Virus record (IMG/VR): IMGVR_UViG_3300042510_000028
Span: 1-32,516 of that record
Length of the DNA stretch: 32,516 nt
DNA from: a virus
Taxonomy: Duplodnaviria; Caudoviricetes
Strand: one strand, 5' to 3'
Shown here: positions 1 through 8,739 of the stretch, piece by piece
How the letters are laid out: each line of letters starts with the position of its first letter
Numbering within the stretch: the stretch's first letter is position 1
The notes under the pieces: generated by a model
Seen by the model: the letters and a program-made list of their open reading frames with translations, nothing else
Told to the model about the DNA's origin: nothing
Database searches by the model: none
Made by a program: the position numbers and the translations under genes

Positions 1-78
1 CCCCACCCCCCTGATATAGCAAACCCCCCCCCGTCATCTTGTTGGTTCCATGCTCACTTTTCTTATATATTGCGCGAC

Positions 79-621
79 ATGGACATACTCGTGCCTGACA
101 TCGACGAGGCAGTACCCCTCCCGGCTAGCATGGCTGAGGCTCTACCAGACTTGTCTCCATCAGACGAGCTTCAGATGCGGGCCAATACCATCAAGTTTTT
201 CTCGGATCTGACGGGGCAACCGATCAGTCCCAACGAGGAAGACGCTGCCAGCGCAGTGAGTTTGGCCAAGGAGATGGTCGAGAACCCCAAGGTACGGCCT
301 GATTTCACGAAGTATCCGAACGAAACCATCGCTCTGTATGCAGGGTTGGCTGCCCGGTACAACCACATGATCGTGGAGGAGCTATCGGACTTCAAACTCT
401 ACGTCGTGAACAAGCTATTTGAAGCGGCTGAGCAGGCCGATGACCTCAAAACTCGCATCAATGCATTGAAAGCACTGGGCGAAGTAGACGGAATTGATGC
501 TTTCAAGAAGCGTAGTGAAGTCACGCACATCATCAAGCCCATCGAAGAGGTCGAGAAGGAGCTTCTCTCGGTGCTGGAAGGCATCGAATACACGGTTATT
601 GACGAAAAATCGTGCAACTAA
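79..621 (+). CDS. Probable terminase small subunit
   Basis: Acidic, helical ORF directly upstream of and overlapping terL; 'RINALKALGEVDGIDAF' resembles segments in small-terminase-position proteins. Start is ATG 79 or TTG 70. Call rests mainly on synteny. Confidence 0.55.
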   Translation: MDILVPDIDEAVPLPASMAEALPDLSPSDELQMRANTIKFFSDLTGQPISPNEEDAASAVSLAKEMVENPKVRPDFTKYPNETIALYAGLAARYNHMIVEELSDFKLYVVNKLFEAAEQADDLKTRINALKALGEVDGIDAFKKRSEVTHIIKPIEEVEKELLSVLEGIEYTVIDEKSCN

Positions 622-2120
622 CCCAGCAAAACCTGCAAAAACTCAAGGCAGCCCTGCCGACGATGCCAGACAAGGAGAAACGGCGCGTTGCAGAGCTATT
701 AAAGCAGTATCAGCAGCAGTTAACGCAGGCCAGAGGCAAGGAATCGTTCCTCGACTTCATTCAACACGTGTATCCGGGCTACAAAGTGGGGCCACATCAC
801 CATCGTTTGGCCAAAATTTTTGAAGAAATTGCCGAAGGCAAGAAAAAACGGGTCATCGTGAACATTGCCCCGCGTCATGGTAAGTCGGAGATGATCAGTT
901 ACTTGGCTCCTGCGTGGTTTCTCGGCAAATACCCGCACAAAAAAGTCATTATGGCCTCGCATACCGCAGACTTGGCGGTGAACTTCGGCAGAAGAGTCAG
1001 AAACCTAGTGGGAGCGGAGAACTACCGTGACATCTTTCCTAATGTCGAGCTTCAAGCAGACAGTAAAAGTGCTTCTCGTTGGGGTACAAATTTTAACGGT
1101 GAGTATTTTGCTATTGGCGTTGGTGGTGCCTTGGCTGGTCGGGGTGCTGATTTATTCATTATTGATGATCCTCACTCTGAACAGGAAGCCAAGCAAGGAA
1201 GAGCTGACGTATTTGAGCCTGCTTGGGAATGGTTCCAGTCGGGACCGGTCCAACGACTAATGCCGGGTGGCGCGATCATCGTGGTGATGACGCGGTGGTC
1301 GAAGATGGACCTGACCGGCAAGATCGTGGACCACATGACACGTGAGGAGCAGGCAGATCAGTGGGAAGTCGTGGAGTTCCCTGCCATCCTGAACGAGAAA
1401 CCCCTGTGGCCTGAGTTCTGGGACATCAACGAGCTTCTGGCGAAGAAAGCTTCGATGGACGTGCGGTACTGGCAAGCCCAGTACATGCAGCAGCCGACCT
1501 CGGAAGAGGGTGCGCTGATCAAACGAGAATGGTGGCAGGTCTGGGAGCCAGAGAACCCCCCTCCATGCGAGCACATTATTATGTCGCTCGACGCCGCGCA
1601 GGAAAAAACCAACCGGTCAGACTACAACGCTCTGACCACGTGGGGAGTCTTCTTCAACGAGGAGACCAAGAACTACAACATCATCCTGCTCAACAGTATC
1701 AAAGAGCGGCTTGAGTTCCCCGAGCTAAAACAGCTTGTGCTGGAGCAGTACAAAGAGTGGGAGCCAGACACGTTCATCGTGGAAAAGAAATCCAACGGTG
1801 CAGCCCTGTATCAGGAGATGCGTCGTATGGGAGTGCCACTGTCAGAGTTCACACCGAGTAAGGGACAAGACAAGATATCCCGTGTTAACGCCGTATCTGA
1901 CTTGTTTTCTTCAGGTATAGTCTGGGTGCCTGACCGACGCTGGGCGTGGGAAGTGGTCGAGGAATGCAACGATTTCCCATCAGGTCGCAACGACGACTTG
2001 GTGGACTCCACCACATTAGCTCTCCTGCGGTTCCGTCAGGGAGGGTTCATTCGCTTGCCAACTGACGAGCCTGAACCAACGAAATGGTTCAAGAGCCACA
2101 GGCGCGAAGGGTATTACTAG
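612..2120 (+). CDS. terL: Terminase large subunit
   Basis: Walker A-like VNIAPRHGKS, Walker B LFIIDDPH, motif III VVMTRW, RNase H-like nuclease acidic residues (SLDAA, DYNA, NDDLVDS). Confidence 0.96.
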   Translation: MQLTQQNLQKLKAALPTMPDKEKRRVAELLKQYQQQLTQARGKESFLDFIQHVYPGYKVGPHHHRLAKIFEEIAEGKKKRVIVNIAPRHGKSEMISYLAPAWFLGKYPHKKVIMASHTADLAVNFGRRVRNLVGAENYRDIFPNVELQADSKSASRWGTNFNGEYFAIGVGGALAGRGADLFIIDDPHSEQEAKQGRADVFEPAWEWFQSGPVQRLMPGGAIIVVMTRWSKMDLTGKIVDHMTREEQADQWEVVEFPAILNEKPLWPEFWDINELLAKKASMDVRYWQAQYMQQPTSEEGALIKREWWQVWEPENPPPCEHIIMSLDAAQEKTNRSDYNALTTWGVFFNEETKNYNIILLNSIKERLEFPELKQLVLEQYKEWEPDTFIVEKKSNGAALYQEMRRMGVPLSEFTPSKGQDKISRVNAVSDLFSSGIVWVPDRRWAWEVVEECNDFPSGRNDDLVDSTTLALLRFRQGGFIRLPTDEPEPTKWFKSHRREGYY

Positions 2121-2130
2121 GAGATTTTAA

Positions 2131-4689
2131 ATGGCCGTCGACAAAAGTTTAATGCAGGCTCCGATGGGTTTGGAAGCTCTTGCGGAAGACGAACCCGCAA
2201 TCGAGATCATGATTGAAGACCCTGAGAGCGTAGCCATCGGCATGGACGGTGCTGTTATTGAGATGGTCAAGTCCGAGCCACGTGCTGAAGACTTTGACGC
2301 CAACCTCGCCGAGTTTATGAACGAAGGAGAGCTTCAGAGCCTCGCTTCAGAACTGATCGGCAACTACGAGCAAGATCTCTCCAGCCGCAAAGACTGGCTC
2401 GACACATATGTAAAAGGACTAAAGATCCTCGGTATCCGATACGAGGAAAGGACGGAGCCGTGGCCGGGTGCGTGTGGTGTGTTCCACCCGCTCCTCATGG
2501 AGAGCGCGGTCAAGTTCCAGTCCGAGACGATCATGGAAGTGTTCCCGGCGATGGGTCCGGTCAAAGCCAAGATCATCGGCAAAGAGACGCAAGAGAAGCG
2601 TGACTCGGCAGTGCGTGTCACTGATGACATGAACTATCAACTGACCGAGGTGATGAAGGAGTACCGCCCGGAGCACGAGCGTTTATTGTTGAGCCTTGCC
2701 CTCGCCGGTAACGCCTTCAAGAAGGTGTACTTCGACCCGTCACTCAATCGCCAGACTGCCATTTATATCTCTGCTGAAGACATCATTGTGCCGTACGGCG
2801 CAGCGAACTTGGAAACAGCAGACCGTGTTACGCACCGGATGCGTAAGACGAAGAATGAGTTGAGAAAATTGCAGTACGCTGGGTTCTACCGAGATGTGGA
2901 TCTTGGTGAGCCGATGCGCGTCATGGACGAGGTTGAGAAGCAGAAGGCAGAGGACCAAGGGTTCTCAGCCAGCATGGACGACCGGTTCCAGCTTCTTGAG
3001 ATGCACGTCAACATCGACCTGCCGGGATACCCTGACGTTGACAAAGACAACCATGAGACTGGGATAGCCCTTCCATACGTAGTAACCATCGAGAAAGGCA
3101 CCGGTACCGTTCTGGCCATTCGGCGGAACTGGAGGGAAGATGACAAGCTCAAAGAAAGACGACAGCACTTTGTCCATTACGGATACATACCGGGATTTGG
3201 ATTTTACTACTTCGGACTTATTCACCTTATCGGGGGACACAGTAAGGCTGCAACGTCACTGCTTCGCCAACTTATCGACGCAGGAACCCTCAGTAATCTC
3301 CCCGGTGGACTCAAGTCTAGAGGACTACGAATTAAAGGAGACGATACTCCAATCGCTCCGGGCGAGTTCCGAGACGTAGATATTCCGTCAGGCGCGATCC
3401 GCGACAACATCCTGCCACTGCCGTACAAGGAGCCGAGCCAGACTCTTGCTTCGTTGATGGACCGAGTGGTCGAGGAAGGTCGCCGCTTCGCTGCGGTGTC
3501 GGATCTCAAAATCAGCGACATGTCCTCGCAGGCTCCGGTCGGCACCACGCTGGCTGTGCTGGAGCGTGTTCTCAAGGTCATGACCGCCGTGCAGGCTCGC
3601 GTGTACTACGCGATGAAACAGGAGTTCAAGCTCCTCGCAGGCATCATCCGAGACAACACGCCAGATGAATACACCTACGAGCCAGAAGTTGGTGATCGCA
3701 AGGCCAAGAAGGCTGACTACGATGATGTAGATGTCATCCCGGTATCTGACCCGAATGCGTCAACAATGTCGCAGAAGGTGGTGCAGTACCAAGCAGTGCT
3801 TCAGCTATCTCAAACAGCGCCGCAGCTTTATGACCTGCCGTATCTACACCGGCAGATGATCGAGACGCTGGGCGTGAGAAATGCGGATCGCATCGTGCCG
3901 TTGCCGCAGGATGCCAAGCCACGCGACCCCATCACCGAGAACATGGACGTGATGACGGGCAAACCTGTCAAAGCGTTTATCTACCAAGATCACGAGGCTC
4001 ACATCGCTGCACACGTGGCGTTGGGCCAAGATCCCAAGATTGCTCAGCAGATCGGTCAAAACCCGATGGCTCAGCAGATTACGGCATCACTGCAAGCGCA
4101 CATCATGGAGCACATGGCGTTTCAGTATCGCCGCGAGATCGAGAAGCAGTTGGGGGCCAGCCTCCCGCCGCTTCCGCAAGACGACCGAGACGAATACGAC
4201 CTTTCACCCGAGGTCGAGGTTCAACTCTCGCAAGTTGCCGCCGCTGCGGCAGCACGTGTACTCCAGAAGGACAAGGCCGAGATGCAGGCTCAGCAGGCCC
4301 AGCAGCAGGCTCAAGATCCGCTGGTGCAGATGCAGATGATGGACTTGCAGATCAAACAACTTCAGGCGCAAACGAAAGCGCAGCAGATGCAGATGGACGC
4401 ACAGGTCCAGCAAGCCGAAATCGAGCGCAAAAAGCAGAAAGACATCATGGACGCCGCTGCCAAGGCAGACGAGTTGGAGCTTCGCAAAGCCGAAATCTCT
4501 GGCCGACAGCAGCTTGAAGCCGCACGACTTGGCGTGGATATCCAGAAAGACAAGGCCGCCCTCTCTGCCAAGCAGCAGATGGAAGGTGTCCGACTCGGAT
4601 TGGAGATCGGCAAGGCGCAGGATGCTGCTGATATGCAGCGTCAATCCATGCAAAAGAATTCGGAGCAACCCAAGAAAAAGGAGGACTAA
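2131..4689 (+). CDS. Portal protein with long C-terminal Gln-rich coiled coil (P22-like barrel)
   Basis: 852 aa immediately after terL, with GGAG RBS. Contains portal-like segments (GNAFKKVYFD, GFYYFGLIHL, LRQLIDAGTLSN) and a helical Q/M/A-rich C-terminus. Confidence 0.88.
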   Translation: MAVDKSLMQAPMGLEALAEDEPAIEIMIEDPESVAIGMDGAVIEMVKSEPRAEDFDANLAEFMNEGELQSLASELIGNYEQDLSSRKDWLDTYVKGLKILGIRYEERTEPWPGACGVFHPLLMESAVKFQSETIMEVFPAMGPVKAKIIGKETQEKRDSAVRVTDDMNYQLTEVMKEYRPEHERLLLSLALAGNAFKKVYFDPSLNRQTAIYISAEDIIVPYGAANLETADRVTHRMRKTKNELRKLQYAGFYRDVDLGEPMRVMDEVEKQKAEDQGFSASMDDRFQLLEMHVNIDLPGYPDVDKDNHETGIALPYVVTIEKGTGTVLAIRRNWREDDKLKERRQHFVHYGYIPGFGFYYFGLIHLIGGHSKAATSLLRQLIDAGTLSNLPGGLKSRGLRIKGDDTPIAPGEFRDVDIPSGAIRDNILPLPYKEPSQTLASLMDRVVEEGRRFAAVSDLKISDMSSQAPVGTTLAVLERVLKVMTAVQARVYYAMKQEFKLLAGIIRDNTPDEYTYEPEVGDRKAKKADYDDVDVIPVSDPNASTMSQKVVQYQAVLQLSQTAPQLYDLPYLHRQMIETLGVRNADRIVPLPQDAKPRDPITENMDVMTGKPVKAFIYQDHEAHIAAHVALGQDPKIAQQIGQNPMAQQITASLQAHIMEHMAFQYRREIEKQLGASLPPLPQDDRDEYDLSPEVEVQLSQVAAAAAARVLQKDKAEMQAQQAQQQAQDPLVQMQMMDLQIKQLQAQTKAQQMQMDAQVQQAEIERKKQKDIMDAAAKADELELRKAEISGRQQLEAARLGVDIQKDKAALSAKQQMEGVRLGLEIGKAQDAADMQRQSMQKNSEQPKKKED

Positions 4690-4878
4690 GTGAGCTATTC
4701 AAACGCTCTGGAATACCTTGAGACCAAACTCAAGGAGGAGCGCACATTGATCGTGGAAAACCTGATCCAAGGCAAATTGGCTGAAGGTGAGTACAAAAGG
4801 CTATGCGGGGCGTTACAGGGTCTCGACCTCGCAACCGGCTATATCAAAGACCTTGCAAAAAGGATGGAAGAAGAATGA
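4690..4878 (+). CDS. Small hypothetical protein (62 aa) between portal and GroES
   Basis: GTG start abuts portal stop with GGAGG upstream; stop overlaps the next ATG; amphipathic helical sequence (YKRLCGALQGL). Confidence 0.75.
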   Translation: MSYSNALEYLETKLKEERTLIVENLIQGKLAEGEYKRLCGALQGLDLATGYIKDLAKRMEEE

Positions 4879-5252
4879 GCAACATCGACGTAGAGAAGAC
4901 ACAGGAAGAGGCTGCCAAGGCCAAGCTCCTGCCCGACCCGAAAGGCTACCGAATGCTGTGTGCAGTTCCGCACGTAGAAGAGGAGTTTGAAGGCGGCATC
5001 ATCAAGGCAGACAACACCGTCCGAACTGAAGAGCAGACCACCGTGGTTCTGTTCGTCATCAAGATGGGCGACCTCTGCTACAAGGACGAGGCTCGGTTCC
5101 CCACTGGGCCGTGGTGCAAAGAAGGCGACTTTGTCCTCACCCGTCCGTACTCGGGCACCCGCGTGGTTATCCATGGCCGGGAGTTCCGCATCATCAACGA
5201 CGACACGGTAGAAGCGGTGGTCGACGACCCCCGTGGAATCCGCCGCGCATAA
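4875..5252 (+). CDS. groES: GroES/Cpn10-like co-chaperonin
   Basis: PKGYRML...GGII...VIKMG...KEGDFVL...YSGT...GREFRIINDDTVEAVV matches the Cpn10 pattern. Start moved to ATG 4875 (ATGA overlap). Confidence 0.88.
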   Translation: MSNIDVEKTQEEAAKAKLLPDPKGYRMLCAVPHVEEEFEGGIIKADNTVRTEEQTTVVLFVIKMGDLCYKDEARFPTGPWCKEGDFVLTRPYSGTRVVIHGREFRIINDDTVEAVVDDPRGIRRA

Positions 5253-5262
5253 GGAGTAATCA

Positions 5263-6237
5263 ATGGCTATTGAGAAAGAAGAATTCAAGTTTCCTGACGA
5301 AGTAGCGCAGGAAGCACCGGCTGAAAAAGCCGAGGCCGAGCCTGAATTTCAGGTTCAGGTAGAAGACGATACCCCGCCAGAGGACCGAGGCCGTAAGCCA
5401 CTGCCAAAGGAAGTAGTGGACGAGCTAGAGAAAGATGACCTTGAGGAGTACTCCGAGAAGGTCAAAAAGCGTCTTTCCCAGATGAAGAAGGTCTGGCACG
5501 ACGAGCGACGTGAAAAGGAACGTGCGTTCCGTGAAAAGGAAGAGGCGCTCCGGTTTGCCCAGTTGCGGGAACAAGAGATCCGTCAGTTAAAGCACCGGTT
5601 GGGTAATGGCGAAAAAGCCTACCTGCAAGAAGTCACCAAGGCGGCTACCAATGACTTGGCTACAGCCAAGGAACGTCTGAAGCAGGCTTATGAGGCGGGC
5701 GATGCCGAAAAGATAACCGATGCACAAGAAGCCCTGACGGAAGCAAAGTTTAAAATTAAACAGTACGAAAACTTCCGACCCTCTTTACAAGAAGAGGACA
5801 CAGGTGTACAACAAACTCAACAGTACCAAGTGCCCCCGGCACCTCAACCCGTCATCGACCCAAAAGCCGAGGCGTGGAAGGAGAAAAATCCGTGGTTTGG
5901 CACAGACGAGGAGATGACCGCCCTCGCTTTGGGACTGCACGAAAAATTGGTCCGGTCTGGAATCGATCCGCGTAGCGACGATTATTACGACCGAGTTAAC
6001 ACGACGATGAGGAAGCGTTTTCCGGAGGCATTTGAAGATGCTGAGGAAGAGCGGACTCAAACGAAGGAGGCTGAAAAGCCTGCTCGCACAAAACCAGCCA
6101 ATGTGGTTGCACCGGTCACACGGTCATCAGGCCCTCGTCAGATACGTCTGACGCCGACTCAGGTAGCCCTAGCCAAAAAGCTGGGACTGAGTAATGAGCA
6201 ATATGCCCGTGAATTAATGAAACTGGAGGCTAACTAA
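5263..6237 (+). CDS. Probable capsid scaffolding protein
   Basis: Highly charged coiled-coil protein with an NPWFG motif and a C-terminal helix-turn-helix-like end (LTPTQVALAKKLGLSNEQYA); upstream of capsid genes; AAGGAG RBS. Confidence 0.72.
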   Translation: MAIEKEEFKFPDEVAQEAPAEKAEAEPEFQVQVEDDTPPEDRGRKPLPKEVVDELEKDDLEEYSEKVKKRLSQMKKVWHDERREKERAFREKEEALRFAQLREQEIRQLKHRLGNGEKAYLQEVTKAATNDLATAKERLKQAYEAGDAEKITDAQEALTEAKFKIKQYENFRPSLQEEDTGVQQTQQYQVPPAPQPVIDPKAEAWKEKNPWFGTDEEMTALALGLHEKLVRSGIDPRSDDYYDRVNTTMRKRFPEAFEDAEEERTQTKEAEKPARTKPANVVAPVTRSSGPRQIRLTPTQVALAKKLGLSNEQYARELMKLEAN

Positions 6238-6238
6238 A

Positions 6239-6688
6239 ATGGCTGAAAACAGACTCGCACGTGAACTCGAAAGTCGAGAATCCGCGCAGCGCACAAAAAC
6301 TTGGACCCCACCTCAGACGCTACCGGCACCAAATCCGCAGCCGGGTTGGGTCTTTCGATATATCCGGACCAGTATCATGGGCACTGCTGACCCATCGAAT
6401 ACCTCCGCAAAGTTTCGTGAAGGTTGGGAGCCTGTAAAGGCCGAAGATCATCCGGAACTGATGCACCACTCCGATCCGAATTCCAAATTTAAAGGGAACA
6501 TCGAAATCGGAGGTTTGTTGTTGTGTAAGGCGCCGGAAGAGCTAATGAAGCAGCGTGATGATTATTACGCCCAGCAAGCAAAGGCTCAGATCCAGTCCGT
6601 AGACAATAACTTTATGAGACTGAACGACGAACGGATGCCGCTGTTCAATGAACGCAAGTCCAGTACCTCGTTCGGTAAAGGTAAATAA
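6239..6688 (+). CDS. Head-module hypothetical protein (149 aa)
   Basis: Tightly coupled ORF between scaffold and capsid genes (FRYIR, REGWEPV, GGLLLCK). Confidence 0.75.
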   Translation: MAENRLARELESRESAQRTKTWTPPQTLPAPNPQPGWVFRYIRTSIMGTADPSNTSAKFREGWEPVKAEDHPELMHHSDPNSKFKGNIEIGGLLLCKAPEELMKQRDDYYAQQAKAQIQSVDNNFMRLNDERMPLFNERKSSTSFGKGK

Positions 6689-6709
6689 CTTTCTTTTTTG
6701 GAGTAACAA

Positions 6710-7369
6710 ATGGCTTATCCTTCCGTTGACAAGCCTTATGGCTTGAAGCCGATCAATCTGATCGGTGGGCAGGTGTTCGCCGGATCGACTCGTCAGCGTC
6801 GTATTGCTTCCAATGCCTCAAGCATTGGTTATGGCGACCCGCTGAAGTTCGTGAACGACGGCACTGTTGCTGTGACAACCGAAACGACGACGGCTCCGGC
6901 CACCGGCTTTGCTGGTGTGTTTTTGGGCTGCACGTTCGTTTCTTCTGTGACGGGTCAACCGACCTACTCGCAGGCTTGGATCTCGGGCACTTCGGTCAAG
7001 GCCAACACGTACATTGTTGCGTATGTGGCTGATGATCCGGACACCCTGTTCAAGGCTGTTGGTGTGACGGCTTCGCTTGTGGTTTCAACCACGGGGGGTT
7101 TCACGTATTCAAGCGTTGGCTTGAACGCGGCTCTTGTGGCGAACACGTTGGACACGACTACGAACGATTCCCAGCAGGGTCTCCTCGTTTCGTCGGCTAA
7201 CACCACGGCTTCGTTGCCGATCCGTATCGTTGATGTGGTTGAGGACACGGCGTTCGTTTCGAGCGGTACGGTCTACTACCCTGAAGTCATCGTCAAGTTC
7301 AACGCTCCCCACGTTGACTCGGGCGTGATCACGGGCGGCCACGCTTATAACAACCCGGTCGGCCTGTAA
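6710..7369 (+). CDS. Probable capsid decoration/minor head protein
   Basis: Beta-rich T/S/V/G protein directly upstream of the major capsid gene; GGAG RBS; codon bias similar to the capsid gene. Confidence 0.6.
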   Translation: MAYPSVDKPYGLKPINLIGGQVFAGSTRQRRIASNASSIGYGDPLKFVNDGTVAVTTETTTAPATGFAGVFLGCTFVSSVTGQPTYSQAWISGTSVKANTYIVAYVADDPDTLFKAVGVTASLVVSTTGGFTYSSVGLNAALVANTLDTTTNDSQQGLLVSSANTTASLPIRIVDVVEDTAFVSSGTVYYPEVIVKFNAPHVDSGVITGGHAYNNPVGL

Positions 7370-7384
7370 TAGGAGTTCTGAAAC

Positions 7385-8293
7385 ATGGCTATTTCACGTG
7401 CACAATTACTCAAAGAGCTCCTGCCGGGCTTGAATGCCCTGTTCGGCCTTGAGTACAAGCAGTATGGTGAGGAGCACAAGGAGATCTACGATACCGAGAC
7501 CTCCGAGCGTTCCTTTGAAGAAGAGACCAAGCTTTCTGGTTTCAGCGCCGCTCCGGTCAAGGCCGAAGGTGCTGCGATTGCGTATGACAACGCGCAGGAA
7601 GCATGGACTGCTCGCTACAACCACGAGACTATCGCTCTCGGCTTCTCCATCACGGAAGAGGCGGTTGAAGACAACCTGTACGATTCGCTGTCCAAGCGAT
7701 ACACCAAGGCGCTCGCCCGAGCGATGGCGTACACGAAGCAAGTCAAGGCGGCTTCTGTCCTGAACAACGGCTTCTCCTCCACCTACGCTGGTGGCGACGG
7801 AAAGGCTCTGTTCGCGGCGGATCACCCGCTTGTTTCGGGTGGTACCAACAGCAACCGTCTGACGGCTTCTGACCTCAACGAAACTTCGTTGGAAGCGGCT
7901 GTCATTCAGATCGCTGGTTGGACCGACGAACGTGGTCTCTTGATCGCGGCGAAGCCCAACAAGCTCATCGTTCCCCCGGCTTTGATGTTCACTGCCAAGC
8001 GCCTCCTCGACACGGAACTCCGTGTTGCGACCGCTGACAACGACATCAACGCTCTCAAGGCGATGGGTTCGATTCCGGGCGGTTACACCGTGAACCACTT
8101 CTTGACCGACACGAATGCTTGGTTCTTGACGACCGACGTTCCGAACGGCATGAAGCACTTCGTACGTACCCCGCTGCAAAACAGCATGGACGGCGATTTC
8201 GACACCGGCAACGTCCGGTACAAGAGCCGCGAGCGTTATAGCTTCGGCTGGTCGGATCCGCTGGGCATGTTCGGTTCGCCGGGCGCGTCCTGA
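7385..8293 (+). CDS. Major capsid protein (HK97 fold, Mu gpT-like family)
   Basis: 302 aa, MAISRAQLLKELLPGLNALFG start, KAEGAAI, GDGKALFAADHPL, LIVPPAL, AWFL, RERYSFGWSD; AGGAG RBS; followed by a strong terminator. Confidence 0.92.
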   Translation: MAISRAQLLKELLPGLNALFGLEYKQYGEEHKEIYDTETSERSFEEETKLSGFSAAPVKAEGAAIAYDNAQEAWTARYNHETIALGFSITEEAVEDNLYDSLSKRYTKALARAMAYTKQVKAASVLNNGFSSTYAGGDGKALFAADHPLVSGGTNSNRLTASDLNETSLEAAVIQIAGWTDERGLLIAAKPNKLIVPPALMFTAKRLLDTELRVATADNDINALKAMGSIPGGYTVNHFLTDTNAWFLTTDVPNGMKHFVRTPLQNSMDGDFDTGNVRYKSRERYSFGWSDPLGMFGSPGAS

Positions 8294-8318
8294 TAGTTTG
8301 ATGGTGACCTAGAGAGTT

Positions 8319-8358
8319 GGGGGGCTACGAGTAGCAATGCTTGTAGCCCCTCTTTTTT
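8319..8358 (+). terminator. Rho-independent terminator after major capsid gene
   Basis: GGGGCTACGAGTA-GCAA-TGCTTGTAGCCCC: 13-bp stem (two G-U pairs), GNRA loop, followed by TCTTTTTT. Confidence 0.9.
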
Positions 8359-8371
8359 AGTGATATACAGT
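8341..8371 (+). promoter_or_regulatory. Possible sigma70-like promoter overlapping the terminator
   Basis: TTGTAG (8341-8346), 17-nt spacer, TATACA (8364-8369) preceded by TGn; imperfect -10 element. Confidence 0.3.
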
Positions 8372-8449
8372 CGTTATCGGGAAAAAACCGTTTACCAGAC
8401 AGACCCGACTGACGACATGCAGACTGGTAAACACAACTCGCATGTGAGG
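8370..8449 (+). ncRNA. Pseudoknotted structured RNA, probably a Mu-gpT-DE (Mu-like gpT downstream element) motif
   Basis: Three interleaved complementary pairs: 8370-8381/8404-8416, 8390-8398/8424-8432 (perfect 9 bp), 8415-8420/8440-8445. Location just downstream of a Mu gpT-like capsid gene is the described context of Mu-gpT-DE. Confidence 0.7.
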
Positions 8450-8456
8450 TTTTGAA

Positions 8457-8690
8457 ATGGCTCGTACAACTTTTTCTGGCCCGGTTAAGTCTGACAACGG
8501 CTTCGAGGGTCCTATCGCTGGCGATTCCGCCGTCATCACGAATCTGGCTTGCACCACGCTCACGATTGGCAGCACCAAGCTGACCACCGGTTCGGTGTCG
8601 GGCACGGTGTCGGTTCAGGCAGGTCGCATCCCGGTTCTCATCGGCAGCACTACGCTCTACATTGGTTTGTACGCCAGTCTCGTCCCGTAA
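8457..8690 (+). CDS. Small probable virion protein (77 aa, TTFSGP N-terminus)
   Basis: GAGG RBS; T/S/G-rich beta-type sequence; first gene after capsid and the RNA element. Confidence 0.75.
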   Translation: MARTTFSGPVKSDNGFEGPIAGDSAVITNLACTTLTIGSTKLTTGSVSGTVSVQAGRIPVLIGSTTLYIGLYASLVP

Positions 8691-8698
8691 GTTTTTGT

Positions 8699-8719
8699 GA
8701 GGGGGCGTCAGCCCCCTTT
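8699..8719 (+). terminator. GC-rich hairpin, possible weak terminator or stabiliser
   Basis: GAGGGGGC-GTCA-GCCCCCTT followed by only a short T run. Confidence 0.5.
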
Positions 8720-8739
8720 ACCCATTACAGGAGACTCAG

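Noticed and set aside
6664-6699. Terminator before the 6710 gene
   Set aside because: A T-tract is present but the only stem (TACCT/AGGTA) is weak and separated from it; more likely an AU-rich translational enhancer.
7406-8179. 257-aa antisense ORF within the capsid gene
   Set aside because: Shadow of strong codon bias on the + strand; no recognisable motifs or independent signals.
612-8293. Introns, inteins or stop-codon reassignment in core genes
   Set aside because: terL, portal and capsid are uninterrupted, and genes end with TAA, TAG and TGA in tight coupling under the standard code.
8370-8449. HDV/theta-type ribozyme or tRNA
   Set aside because: The helix order lacks the nested P3/P1.1/P4 arrangement of HDV-like ribozymes and there is no cloverleaf; kept only as an unassigned or Mu-gpT-DE-like RNA.
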